From contig CM082592.2 of assembly GCA_040954595.2 (NCBI GenBank), positions 992,001-1,056,000 of the forward strand: a stretch of DNA of 64,000 bases. The letters run 5' to 3'. The position numbers and the translations under genes are program-made. Shown one piece after another: positions 41,401 through 53,900 of this stretch. How positions within the stretch are numbered: position 1 is the stretch's first letter; each line of letters opens with the position of its first letter. Source of the DNA: Balanoglossus misakiensis. Lineage: Eukaryota; Animalia; Hemichordata. Below the pieces are notes generated by a model, which saw only the letters and a program-made list of their open reading frames with translations, searched no databases and had not been told where the DNA came from.

Positions 41401-44242
41401 AAGTTAACAACGGTAATCACGTCGGGTTTCCTACGGCCTGGCTCAGCTGAAGCCCCGGCACTCTACAGCAGAAACATGCGTACATTGACCACGTTGATCA
41501 AGTCAGATTTCCTACGGCGTGACTCGGCTGGTGCACCGGCTCTATATGACACAGACTGGCGTAAGTTATCAACGGTGATTACGTCGGATTTCCTACGGTC
41601 TGGTTTAGCTGAAGCCCCGGCACTTTAGAGCGGAAACACGCGTACATTGACCACGATGATCAAGTCAGATCTCCCACGGCCTGGCTCGACTAAAACCCCG
41701 GCACACCATGACAGACACTAGCGTTCGTTAGCAACGGTGATCAAGTCTGATTTCCTTCGGCCTGGCTCTGCAAAAGACCCGACACTCTAGTACAAAGACG
41801 TTGGCTAAGTCGGGCAAACCGAAGAGGGAAAGTCACAGCGGGTCAACACTCGACATTTGTTCGGGTAGGACTGCATTATTGCCTGTCAATTTATAGAGAG
41901 AGCCCGAATTTAACCAGGGCGTTTCAAACACCGACGTTAGTAGGGGGCACGGCCTGCAGTACTGCCGGGTAAGCTGACATCGGCGTACCGCATATAATGT
42001 AGGGGGGGGGACAGAACAGTTCAATACTACATTCATTAGATATCAGCTAATTTTGGACAATCATCTAAAATCTAAATCATTTTTTCATATTTGGATATCT
42101 GATGATGTATGAAATTTCCATTATATGTAAAAATGGTGCTGATTATAAAAAATGCACTCTGAATGAGCTGATTTAATACAAAATTGCGTTTTATTCGTTT
42201 TTGCACCAAAAAGGTCATTTTTAGGCAAAACATTCTTTATTTTTTTAATTCGGTGACCTGATCATATATAAACAATTGCTTGTATGTTAAAAGTTTTATG
42301 ACTTTTAAAAGCAGTGACACTGGCGGCATTCAACACGAAAATAACAATTTTAGCAACAATTTGGTCAAAATGGTAAATTTTTGAAAATTACAAAAATACC
42401 TGTTTTCTACATTTTCGGAAATCTGATGGAGTATAGAATGCTCTTCGTATATATATATCGATACAAATTCCACAAAAAACGGCCAATTTGGCTCACTGCA
42501 GACAAAATTGCGTTTTACCAAATTTTCCTTGAAAATGTCATTTTTAGAAAAAAAAATAAAAAAACCTTTGTTCTTCGAATTTGGTGCCCTGATCATATAT
42601 GACATGTTGATTATATGTTAAAACTTTCGACCACTCCAAAAATGCAGAGATATTGACGGAATTCAAGAAAAAATAGCCATTTTGGCCATATTTTGACAAA
42701 AATGGTAAATTTTTAAAAAATCATAAAAAATTAACTCTTTTCTTCATTTTCGGAAATATTATGGAGCATGAAGTGTAGTTCTCTTGTAAAAAGTGCTGCA
42801 AATTCCAGAAAAGGCGGTATAATTTGAATCACCCAAGACAAAATTACCATTTTCGACTTTTTTTCGAAAAATTGTCTTTTTTACAAAATAAATAAGAATA
42901 AATTCTTTTCTTAGTTTCAAACGGGTAGAGATACGAGTTTTCTAACATTGAATTCCCGTTCATCAACTCAGATTTCCTACAGCATAAGTCGGCTAAAACC
43001 CTGACACTCTAGAGCAGAAACAGTTGCACACTGGTAACGTTGAACAAGTCGATTTTTCTACGGCCTGGCTCGGCTAAATCTCCGTCTCAACATGACAGAC
43101 ACTAGCGTACGTTAGCAATGGTGATCAAGTCAGATTTTCTACGGCATGGCTTGGATAAAGCCCAGGCACTCTATAGCAGAAACACGCGTACAGAGACCAC
43201 GTTGATCTACTCACATTTCCTTCGGCCAGGCACGGCTGATGCCCCGGCACTATATATTGGACACAGACTGGCGTAAGTTAACAACGGTAATCACGTCGGG
43301 TTTCCTACGGCCTGGCTCAGCTGAAGCCCCGGCACTCTAGAGCAGAAACAGGCGTACATTGACCACGTTGATCAAGTCAGATTTCCTACGGCGTGACTCC
43401 GCTGGTGCACCGGCTCTATATGACACAGACTGGCGTAAGTTATCAACGGTGATTACGTCGGATTTCCTACGGCCTGGTTTAGCTGAAGCCCCGGCACTTT
43501 AGAGCGGAAACTCGCGTATATTGACCACGATGATCAAGTCAGATCTCCTACGGCCTGGCTCGACTAAAACCCCGGCACACCATGACAGACACTAGCGTTC
43601 GTTAGCAACGGTGATCAAGTCGGATTTCCTTCGGCCTGGCTCTGCAAAAGACCCGACACTCTAGTACATAAACGTTGGCTAATCGGGCAAACCGAAGAGG
43701 GAAAGTCACAGCGGGTCAACACTCGACATTTGTTCGGGTAGGACTGCATTATTGCCTGTCAATTTATAGAGAAAGCCCGAATTTAACCAGGGCGTTTCAA
43801 ACACCGACGTTAGTTGGGGGCACGGCCTGCAGTACTGCCGGGTAAGCTGACATCGGCGTACCGCATATAATGTAGGGGGGGGGGGGAACAGAACGGTTCA
43901 ATACTACATTTATTAGATATCGGCTAATTTTGGACAATCATCTAAAATCTAAATCATTTTTTCATATTTGGATATCTGATGATGTATGAAATTTCCATCA
44001 TATGTAAAAATGGTGCTGATTATAAAAAATGCGCTCTGAATGAGCTGATTTAATACAAAATTGCGTTTTATTCGTTTTTGCACCAAAAAGGTCATTTTTA
44101 GGCAAAACATTCTTTATTTCTTTTAATTCGGTGACCTGATCATATATAAACAATTGCTTGTATGTTTAAAGTTTTTATGACTTTTAAAAGCAGTGACACT
44201 GGCGGCATTCAACACGAAAATAACAATTTTAGCCACAATTTG

Positions 44243-44578
44243 TATGGAGAAGTGAGAGATTTACTCCAGAAGGATCACGTGACGGAAACTCTTACCCTAT
44301 CAGAGTTGACTTTGTTTCCCGCCAAACTTTATACTTGTAGCAGATTTATTGTAATTTTTGAGTGTTTGCTCCGGCGTTCGTGGGACTTATATATAACCCA
44401 GTTTTGGCGATTTCGGGCAGCTTTTTGTAAGGAGCTCTGTGGTGTTACTTTGTTGTTGGATTCAGATGGTAATAAACCAGTGTTTTACCTAGCACTGAAT
44501 CGTTCGCTTCTTTTCCGACGTCAGTATACTCGAACCCCCTCCCGGGAGTATTGATCACTGCCACGATACTTCCCCACA
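44243..44578 (+). repeat. BEL 5' LTR
   Basis: Imperfect terminal inverted repeat TATGGAGAAGT...ACTTCCCCACA. TATATATAA box at ~44388 and AATAAA at 44471-44476. Confidence 0.93.
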
Positions 44579-44582
44579 TTTT

Positions 44583-44600
44583 TGGTGCCGAGACTTGGAT
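44583..44600 (+). promoter_or_regulatory. Primer binding site, tRNA-His-like
   Basis: TGGTGCCGAGACTTGGAT lies 4 nt after the LTR. It resembles the complement of the tRNA-His 3' end as I recall it (TGGTGCCGTGACTCGGAT or TGGTGCCGTGACCAGGAT). Confidence 0.75.
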
Positions 44601-44611
44601 AATCGAGCAAG

Positions 44612-47600
44612 ATGTCGGAACAAGAACACATCGCGCCACAAGATGGACAACAAGAGGATCAGCCAACAGCGTTGACAAAACTGAAGAGATCGCGTCGTGG
44701 TCAACGCGCACAAGTGACCCGACTGTTCAACCGGGCCGACACCCTCATGAACAATTTCGTAGACGTCGGTATAGACAAGCCGACTACACTCGACACGCTG
44801 GAAGGGCTGAACGAACAACTTTCGAACAAGATCCGTCTACTCGCCGACCTCGAGGTGAGAATCCTCGATCTAATTGACGATGAACACTTTGACGAAGAAA
44901 ATGAAACTTCAGGCGACTACCAGGCCGAAATCTTGGAACACAATCATCGCATCGCATCTTTCATCAAGAAAAACAAATCGGAGATGCGGACAACTACTAC
45001 TAGTACTGGTAATGTAACGGGAAGCAGCCTCGGCAACGCGACGCCTCGTAAAACAGTAACTCTACCGAAACTCCAGCTGCAAACTTTCTCAGGCAATGTA
45101 ATAGAATGGTCGAGTTTCTTCGATGTATTCAAGTCTTCGATACCTTCGGACACTAATTTGGACAACATTCAGAAGTTTACGTATTTGCGGAGTGTACTCA
45201 AAGATGAAGCAGCGAGAACAATCAACGGATTGCCACTCACGCACGCGATTGACTTATTGACCGAAAGATACGGACAAACCCATCTCATAGTAGATACTCA
45301 TATGACCGCGTTGTGGAATCTACAAAGCCCAACCGCCGACGTACAAAGTTTAAGGCATTTCTACGACTCGATTGAAAATCACGTTCGAGGTCTTCAGTCG
45401 CTGGGTAAGGAGGAACCACATACGGCGAACTTTTGGTTCCAATAATACGGGAGAAATTACCTCCTAACATTCGAGAGCAGATAGCAAGAAAACATGGTAA
45501 TGCTGCGTGGACATTAGCACATCTACGAAAAGCCATTCAACACGAGATAAACGCCCTTCAAGCCGGCAACCGGGTCGACGAGATAACAATGGCCACTACC
45601 AGAGAACCGGAAATAACCGCGTTTCACACGAAAACGCAGATGACAGGTAAACAGAAGTTTCGCGCCCCTGTCAAAACGTGCCCGTTCTGCAAAGGGTCAC
45701 ACTTCGCGTCAAATTGCGCTGTGGTAACTGATACGCGCGAGAGACTGGACATTGTGAAGAAGGACAGACTATGTTTTAATTGCTTTGGAAAACATAGAGT
45801 TGCGGAGTGTAAATCAAAATACTCCTGCAGAAAGTGTAGGAAACGTCATCACTCTGCGCTACACTACGACGTTCCCACCGCTACAACGACGCCAACCGGA
45901 GCGTCGTCCTCGCCATCGCCATCATCAAGTACTTCTGATGTCAAAGTAACATTGACTAATACCGATACATTTACGGATAAGAAGATAAACACTGGGCCAG
46001 TGCTGCTGAAAACTGCGTTTGTACCACTGTCTGTCGGACGGGGAACCCCCATACATGCCGTCATCCTGTTTGATGAAGGAGCAAATAAGACATTCGTCAC
46101 TGAGAGATTCGCCCGTCAGCTGTCCGCGAAAGCTACGCGGCACGAACACATAATGTTATCGACCTTCGGTGGCAAGGATTCCAAAGTACGCACCATGGGA
46201 TTCACCGAACTAACTGCTCATGAACTGAACGGGAATACTTCAACTATTCACGCGATGATAATTCCAGAGATATCGTCGGACTTAACAAATCACATTTCTC
46301 AGGAAGTCCACAATATGAGCCACCTTTAAGGGCTACCATTCGCACATCCAGTTTCGACAGATCAGTCGTGGCCAATTGATGTTCTAATCGGAGCCGACCA
46401 ATATTGGAATTTCGTGGGCTCACACGTTATTTCTTGCGCGTCCGGCCCCACAGCTGTGTCATCCAAATTTGGATACTTACTCTCCGGACCCCTCGGAACT
46501 CCCAAAGTGGATTCTAATGCGCATATCTTACACGTGATTTCTACTGCTGATACCAGTAACGTAGTTTCAGAGAACTCTATCAACGGACTGCATGGAGATC
46601 GCGCAACGGACATGTATACACCGATGGATAGTACTTCGATCGGCCGAGAACCACAGGTCCAAAATATGTGGGACCTTGAATTGATCGGTATTCAGGACAA
46701 TCCAACAGTTGATGAACAGTTGACGTACGAGTCTTACAGAGACACGCACTTGAGAGTTGACCGAGGAAAATACGTAGCTAAACTACCGTGGAAGGAAGAT
46801 CACCCTCCACTACCCACCAACTACGATGTCGCCATGAAACGCACGCGTAATATGATACGCAGGTTACCCTCTGAACTCATCAAGAAATATGACGACATAA
46901 TCAATGAACAGAGACGTCGCAACTTCATCGGAGAGGTTGATGAAGATGACGTGAATATCGGACACTATTTGGCACATCGTCCGGTGGTTAAGAATTCGAC
47001 CACAACACCCATTCGCATCGTTTATGATTGCTCTTGTAAGAAGGATTCTAATTATCCAAGTTTGAATGATTGCTTGCAAACTGGACCGTCATTAATAAAT
47101 GACCTGCCAGCGATTCTGCTGAGATTCCGCGCCAATAACATTGCTTTCACAGCTGACATTGAGAAAGCATTCCTGAACATTCGGTTGGAAGAAGGTGAGA
47201 GGAAATTCACGAAATTTCTGTGGCTGTCGGACATTAACGACCCAGAAAGTGACTTCATAACTTTGCAGTTTAAGTCTGTCTTGTTTGGAGCAGTCTGTTC
47301 CCCATTCATCCTCAATGCGGTTATCAAGACGCATTTAGAGAACAATAGTCAACTTCCCACCGCTGACAGATTGGGAAATAATATCTATGTGGATAATGTG
47401 ATCGATGGAGTTGATACTGCAGAAAACGCCATGAAATACTACCATGAAGCCAATGAGTTGATGACATCAGGCGGATTCAAACTCAGAGCATGGTCTTCCA
47501 ACTGTCAACAAATAAACGAACTCGCTACATGTGACAATCTGAACGAACCCACCGAAGATGTATCCGTTTTGGGAATGCAGTGGTCAACAAAATCTGACGA

Positions 47601-50220
47601 ATTGACTTACTCCAAAGTGGTTAATATGTCGTCGCGTGCCGAACTCGTGACCAAACGTGACATTGTCAGCTATGTGGCGATGCTATTTGATCCGTTTGGA
47701 TTTCTCGCCCCTGTAATGATCAAAGCCAAATTGTTCATTCAGTTACTATGGAAACTGGAATTAGACTGGGATGAACCTATCAACGCAGATCTCTACACTC
47801 AATGGATGCACACCGCAGAAGATCTCAAAGACTCGCGAAACACGAAGATCGAACGACAATATTTTGATGAACTTGAAGGCGACAATGAATGCGAGCTACA
47901 CGCCTTTGCAGACGCAAGCCAGAGAGCGTATGGGGCAGTAGTGTATTTGAAAAGAGGACAGCAAACGTCGTTTGTGATGGCGAAGACTAGAACCGCACCA
48001 GTGGCTGAAACTACACTCCCGCGACTGGAATTGATGGCTGCGTTAATAGCCACACGTCTCAGCAAGTACGCTAAAGAAGCCCTGTCCTCCAAATATGACA
48101 TAGTTCGTTGTTATTTATGGAGTGACAGCCAAATTGTCCTTCACTGGCTGAACAGTGAGAAGAGACTTCCGGTGTTTGTGAAGAATCGAGTAGATGAAAT
48201 TCGCGAATTTCAGTCCACAAAGAAGTACTGCCCATCAGAACACAACCCAGCTGATCTTTTAACCAGAGGGGTAACCTACGAAATGATGGAACGCTCTGAA
48301 CTATGGCGTAATGGACCAACATGGCTAAAGACAAGCGATTGGCCTAGTTGCCCAGCGTTTGATGTTAATGTGATGCATACCGCAATCGAACCAGATGAGA
48401 CGGACAGATTGCCGCCGCGTTTCGGCAACGGAATCAACGATCAGTCTACCGAGAACGCAGAAATACTCGCTCCCCCCAAAGCCAGACGATGTACAGATCG
48501 CGAAAATCTGAAAATTACCAGTCCCAATGACTACGGAATTCAACACGTTGTTGACATTTCCAGATTCAACAACTTAGATAGGCTTTTACGAGTGACAAGT
48601 TATGTCCTCAGATTCATCGCACGGATGAAAAAATCTACCGAGGTGAAACACGGGAGAATTACCCCTGATGAGCTGCACCGAGCGGAAAATATGTGGGTTA
48701 AACATATTCAACGGCAGTTCTATGACGCCGAAATCCAGTCTGTGAAATTGAACTTGAGTAAATGTGCGCCCATTGTTCGACAACTGAACTTATTTGTTGA
48801 CAAAGAAGACGTACTTCGCTGTGGGAGTAGAATCCATAACGCGCCGATCAATTTCGTCACAAGATTTCCCGCCTTGATACCCTCGCATCATAAATTGACA
48901 AATTTGATAATACGGAAATCACACGAACTGACGCTTCACCAGGGAGTCCAATCTACAGTGACACAGATAAGGCAAAGATATTGGATCCCCAAAATTCAGA
49001 TTATTGTACGCGGTGTCTTACGTGGTTGTGTCATTTGCAACAAAGTTACCGGGAAACCTTACGCGAATCCAGTGCAAGCGCCGCTACCAAGTTATCGAGT
49101 GAACATTGTCCCAGCATTTACTGTAACAGGCGTGGATTTCACGGGTCATCTTTATACCAAGGCCAAAGATGGGACACGTGCCAAAGCCTATATCTGTTTA
49201 TTCACCTGTGCGGTGACGCGTGCCATTCACCTAGAACTGGTTCCTGATATGTCAACCCAGACGTTCATGCACGCGTTCAGAAGATTCGCCGCGAGACGTT
49301 CTTTGCCGAGTAGGATGCTGTCAGACAACGCATCGACTTATTTATCGGCTGCCAATGAAATCAAAACACTGTTTGATACGCCAGAAGTAAATGACTTTCT
49401 CGCCGCACATCGTGTACAATGGACGTTTATACCGAAGCGCGCGCCCTGGTTTGGTGGCTTCTGGGAGAGGCTGATTGCTTTGACAAAGGACGCTATTAGG
49501 AAAACTCTCGGTCGAGCTTACCTAACCTTTGATGAACTCGCAACAGTTGTGACTGAAATTGAAGCCGTTTTAAACGACAGGCCGTTAACGTACGTGTCAT
49601 CCAGTATAAACGACAACATTGGATTGACCCCAAATCACTTGCTACATGGCAGGACACTGACCTCATTGCCGTACATCGAGATCACCGACGAAGAGGTGAT
49701 TGACCCATCTTACTGTGATAATCGTGAAATCAACAAAAGATATGAACATCTATCAAGATCACACGATCAATTTTGGCGAAGATGGTCGTCCGAGTATCTG
49801 ACTGCCCTACGTGAACGACATCCCACCAAAGGAACTCGTGATAATGTCATCAAGGTCGGAGATGTCGTGATAATACACAGTGACACTGACAAACGTCCGA
49901 AATGGCATTTAGGAACTGTAACAAGGTTGATCTTTGGTAATGATAAACTGGTACGATCTGCGGAGTTGAACACCGCAGGTGGTCCTACAAACCGACCTAT
50001 CCATAAATTGTACCCATTGGAAGTTGTCTCCAAGGAGCTGTCAACTGTGTCTGGAGATAATACAGGTATTGGAGCAGATTCCAACACGAATACTGAAACA
50101 GTCGACACAGCTGGAGCCTCTGAAGATTCCTCGGTGAAGGCGGATGTTGTACCCCCGAGACGACCTGTCAGAGACTCTGCAGTTGCCGCTCGAGTACGAA
50201 TAGCGGATCTCTCTATTTGA
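44612..50220 (+). pseudogene. BEL/Pao Gag-Pol polyprotein with one frameshift (~45415) and one in-frame stop (46327-46329)
   Basis: Gag: LPKLQLQTFSG and three Cys/His knuckles (CPFCKGSHFASNC, CFNCFGKHRVAEC, CRKCRKRHHSALH). Protease: LFDEGA. RT: ADIEKAF, YVDN. RNase H: HAFADAS, WSDS, NPADLLTRG. Integrase: H-H-C-C, GVDFTG, SDNAS, GGFWERL. Confidence 0.93.
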
Positions 50221-50392
50221 CTTTGAAATTGGAAAACAATTTCGATCGCATTGTGACTGTTATCATGTTTACTGACACAATGAACATTAGTTTATTATCC
50301 TTGAACACTTTAGGTGACTTTAATCATATTTCATGTTATTTGATGTTTTTTTTTCTGATGATTTTCGAGACTTTCCTTTGCGCGGGGGAGAA

Positions 50393-50728
50393 TATGGAGA
50401 AGTGAGAGATTTACTCCAGAAGGATCACGTGACGGAAACTCTTACCCTATCAGAGTTGACTTTGTTTCCCGCCAAACTTTATACTTGTAGCAGATTTATT
50501 GTAATTTTTGAGTGTTTGCTCCGGCGTTCGTGGGACTTATATATAACCCAGTTTTGGCGCTTTCGGGCAGCATTTTGTAAGGAGCTCTGTGGTGTTACTT
50601 TGTTGTTGGATTCAGATGGTAATAAACCAGTGTTTTACCTAGCACTGAATCGTTCGCTTCTTTTCCGACGTCAGTATACTCGAACCCCCTCCCGGGAGTA
50701 TTGATCACTGCCACGATACTTCCCCACA
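50393..50728 (+). repeat. BEL second LTR, serving as 3' LTR of copy 1 and 5' LTR of a truncated copy 2
   Basis: Direct repeat of 44243-44578 at an offset of 6150. It is preceded by the PPT and followed by another PBS. Confidence 0.93.
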
Positions 50729-50938
50729 TGTTTGGTGCCGAGACCAGGATAACCGAGCAAGATGTCGGAACAAGAACACATCGCGCCACAAGATGGACAA
50801 CAAGAGGATCAGCCAACAGCGTTGACAAAACTGAAGAGATCGCGTCGTGGTCAACGCGCACAAGTGACCCGACTGTTCAACCGGGCCGACACCCTCATGA
50901 ACAATTCCGTAGACGTCGGTACAGACAAGCCGACTACA
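50729..50938 (+). mobile_element. Truncated second BEL internal region (PBS plus the first ~59 gag codons)
   Basis: Repeats 44579-44788 with several substitutions, then joins abruptly to satellite sequence AATGCTCTTCG. Confidence 0.92.
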
Positions 50939-53900
50939 AAATGCTCTTCGTATGTATATATCGATACAAATTCCACAAAAGACAGTCTAATATGGCTCAC
51001 TGCAGACAAAATTTCGTTTTACCAAATTTTCCTTGAAAATGTCATTTTTAGAAATAAAAATAAAAAAACCTTTGTTCTTCGAATTTGGTGCCCTGATCAT
51101 ATATGACATGTTGATTGTATGTTAAAACTTTCGACAACTCCAAAAATGCAGAGATATTGACGGAATTCAAGAAAAAATTGCCATTTTGGCCATATTTTGA
51201 CAAAAATGGTAAATTTTTAAAAAATCATAAAAAATTAACTCTTTTCTTCAATTTCGGAAATATTATGGAGCATGAAGTGTCGTTCTCTGTAAAAAGTGCT
51301 GCAAATTCCAGAAAAGGCGGTATAATTTGAATCACCCAAGACAAAATTACCATTTTCGACTTTTTTTCGGAAAATTGTCTTTTTTACAAAATAAATAAGA
51401 ATAAATTATTTTCTTAGTTTCAAACGGGTAGAGATACTTTCCACACGGGTTTTCTAACATTGAATTCCCGTTCATCAACTCAGATTTCCTACAGCATAAG
51501 TCGGCTAAAACCCTGACACTCTAGAGCAGAAACAGTTGCACACTGGTAACGTTGAACAAGTCGATTTTTCTACGGCCTGGCTCGGCTAAATCTCCATCAC
51601 AATATGACAGACACTAGCGTACGTTAGCAACGGTGATCAAGTCAGATTTCCTACGGCATGGCTTGGCTAATGCCCTGGCACTCTAGAGCAGAAACACGCG
51701 TACAGAGACCACGTTGATCTACTCACAGTTTCTTCGGCCTGGCACGGCTGATGCCCCGGCACTATATATAGGACACAGACTGGCGTAAGTTAACAACGGT
51801 AATCACGTCGGGTTTCCTACGGCCTGGCTCAGCTGAAGCCCCGGCACTCTAGAGCAGAAACAGGCGTACATTGACCGCGTTGATCAAGTCAGACTTCCTA
51901 CGGCGTGACTCGGCTGGTGCACCGGCTCTATATGACACAGACTGGCGTAAGTTATCAACGGTGATTACGTCGGATTTCCTACGGCCTGGTTTAGCTGAAG
52001 CCCCGGCACTTTAGAGCGGAAACACGCGTACATTGACCACGATGATCAAGTCAGATCTCCTACGGCCTGGCACGACTAAAACCCCGGCACACCATGACAG
52101 ACACTAGCGTTCGTTAGCAACGGTGATCAAGTCGGATTTCCTTCGGCCTGGCTCTGCAAAAGACCCGACACTCTAGTACAAAGACGTTGGCTAAGTCGGG
52201 CAAACCGAAGATGGAAAGTCACAGCGGGTCAACACTCGACATTTGTTCGGGTAGGACTGCATTATTGCCTGTCAATTTATAGAGAGAGCCCGAATTTAAC
52301 CAGGGCGTTTCAAACACCGACGTTAGTTGGGGGCACGGCCTGCAGTACTGCCGGGTAAGCTGACATCGGCGTACCGCATATAATGTAGGGGGGGGGGGAA
52401 ACAGAACGGTTGAATACTACATTTATTAGATATCAGCTAATTTTGGACAATCATCTAAAATCTAAATCATTTTTTCATATTTGGATATCTGATGATGTAT
52501 GAAATTTCCATTATATGTGAAAATGGTGCTGATTATAAAAAATGCACTCTGATTTAATACAAAATTGCGTTTTATTCGTTTTTGCACCAAAAAGGTAATT
52601 TTTAGGCAAAACATTCTTTATTTTTTTAATTCGGTGACCTGATCATATATAAACAATTGCTTGTATGTTAAAAGTTTTTATGACTTTTAAAAGCAGTGAC
52701 ACTGGCGGCATTCAACACGAAAATAACAATTTTAGCCACAATTTGGTCAAAATGGTAAATTTTTGAAAATTACAAAAAATACCTGTTTTCTACATTTTCG
52801 GAAATCTGATGGAGTATAGAATGCTCTTCGTATGTATATATCGATACAAATTCCACAAAAGACCGTCTAATTTGGCTCACTGCAGACAAAATTGCGTTTT
52901 ACCAAATTTTCCTTGAAAATGTCATTTTTAGAAAAAAAAATAAAAAAACCTTTGTTCTTCGAATTTGGTGCCCTGATCATATATGACATGTTGATTGTAT
53001 GTTAAAACTTTCGACCACTCCAAAAATGCAGAGATATTGACGGAATTCAAGAAAAAATAGCCATTTTGGCCATATTTTTGACAAAAATGGTAAATTTTTA
53101 AAAAATCATAAAAAATTAACTCTTTTCTTCATTTTCGGAAATATTATGGAGCATGAAGTGTCGTTCTCTTGTAAAAAGTGCTGCAAATTCCAGAAAAGGC
53201 GGTATAATTTGAATCACCCAAGACAAAATTACCATTTTCGACTTTTTTTCGAAATATTGTCTTTTTTACAAAATAAATAAGAATAAATTCTTTTCTTAGT
53301 TTCAAACGGGTAGAGATACTTTCCACACGGGTTTTCTAACAATGAATTCCCGTTCATCAACTCAGATTTCCTACAGCATAAGTCGGCTAAACCCCTGACA
53401 CTCTAGAGCAGAAACAGTTGCACACTGGTAACGTTGAACAAGTCGATTTTTCTACGGCCTGGCTCGGCTAAATCTCCGTCACAATATGACAGACACTAGC
53501 GTACGTTAGCAACTGTGATCAAGTCAGATTTTCTACGGCATGGCTTGGATAAAGCCCCGGCACTCTAGAGCAGAAACACGCGTACAGAGACCACGTTGAT
53601 CAAGTCTGATCTCCTACGGCTTGGCTCGACTAAAACCCCGGCACACTATGACAGACACTAGCGTTTGTTAGCAACGGTGATCAAGTCAGATTTCCTACGG
53701 CATGGCTTGGCTAAAGCCCTGGCACTCTAGAGCAGAAACACGCGTACAGAGACCACGTTGATCTACTCACATTTCCTTCGGCCTGGCACGGCTGATGCCC
53801 CGGCACTATATATAGGACACAGACTGGCGTAAGTTAACAACGGTAATCACGTCGGGTTTCCTACGGCCTGGCTCAGCTGAAGCCCCGGCACTTTAGAGCG

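Larger units (their letters stand above)
44243..50728 (+). mobile_element. BEL/Pao LTR retrotransposon with two 336-bp LTRs
   Basis: LTRs at 44243-44578 and 50393-50728 differ at only 2 positions. A PBS follows the 5' LTR and a polypurine tract GGGGGAGAA precedes the 3' LTR. The polyprotein order is Gag-PR-RT-RH-IN with BEL-type motifs. Confidence 0.96.

Noticed and set aside
49990-50392. Possible env gene after the BEL integrase
   Set aside because: Only a short low-complexity tail and a ~170-bp 3' UTR are present, leaving no room for an env ORF.
50728-50740. Target site duplication for the BEL element
   Set aside because: The right flank is a second internal region followed by a deletion junction, so no TSD can be identified.
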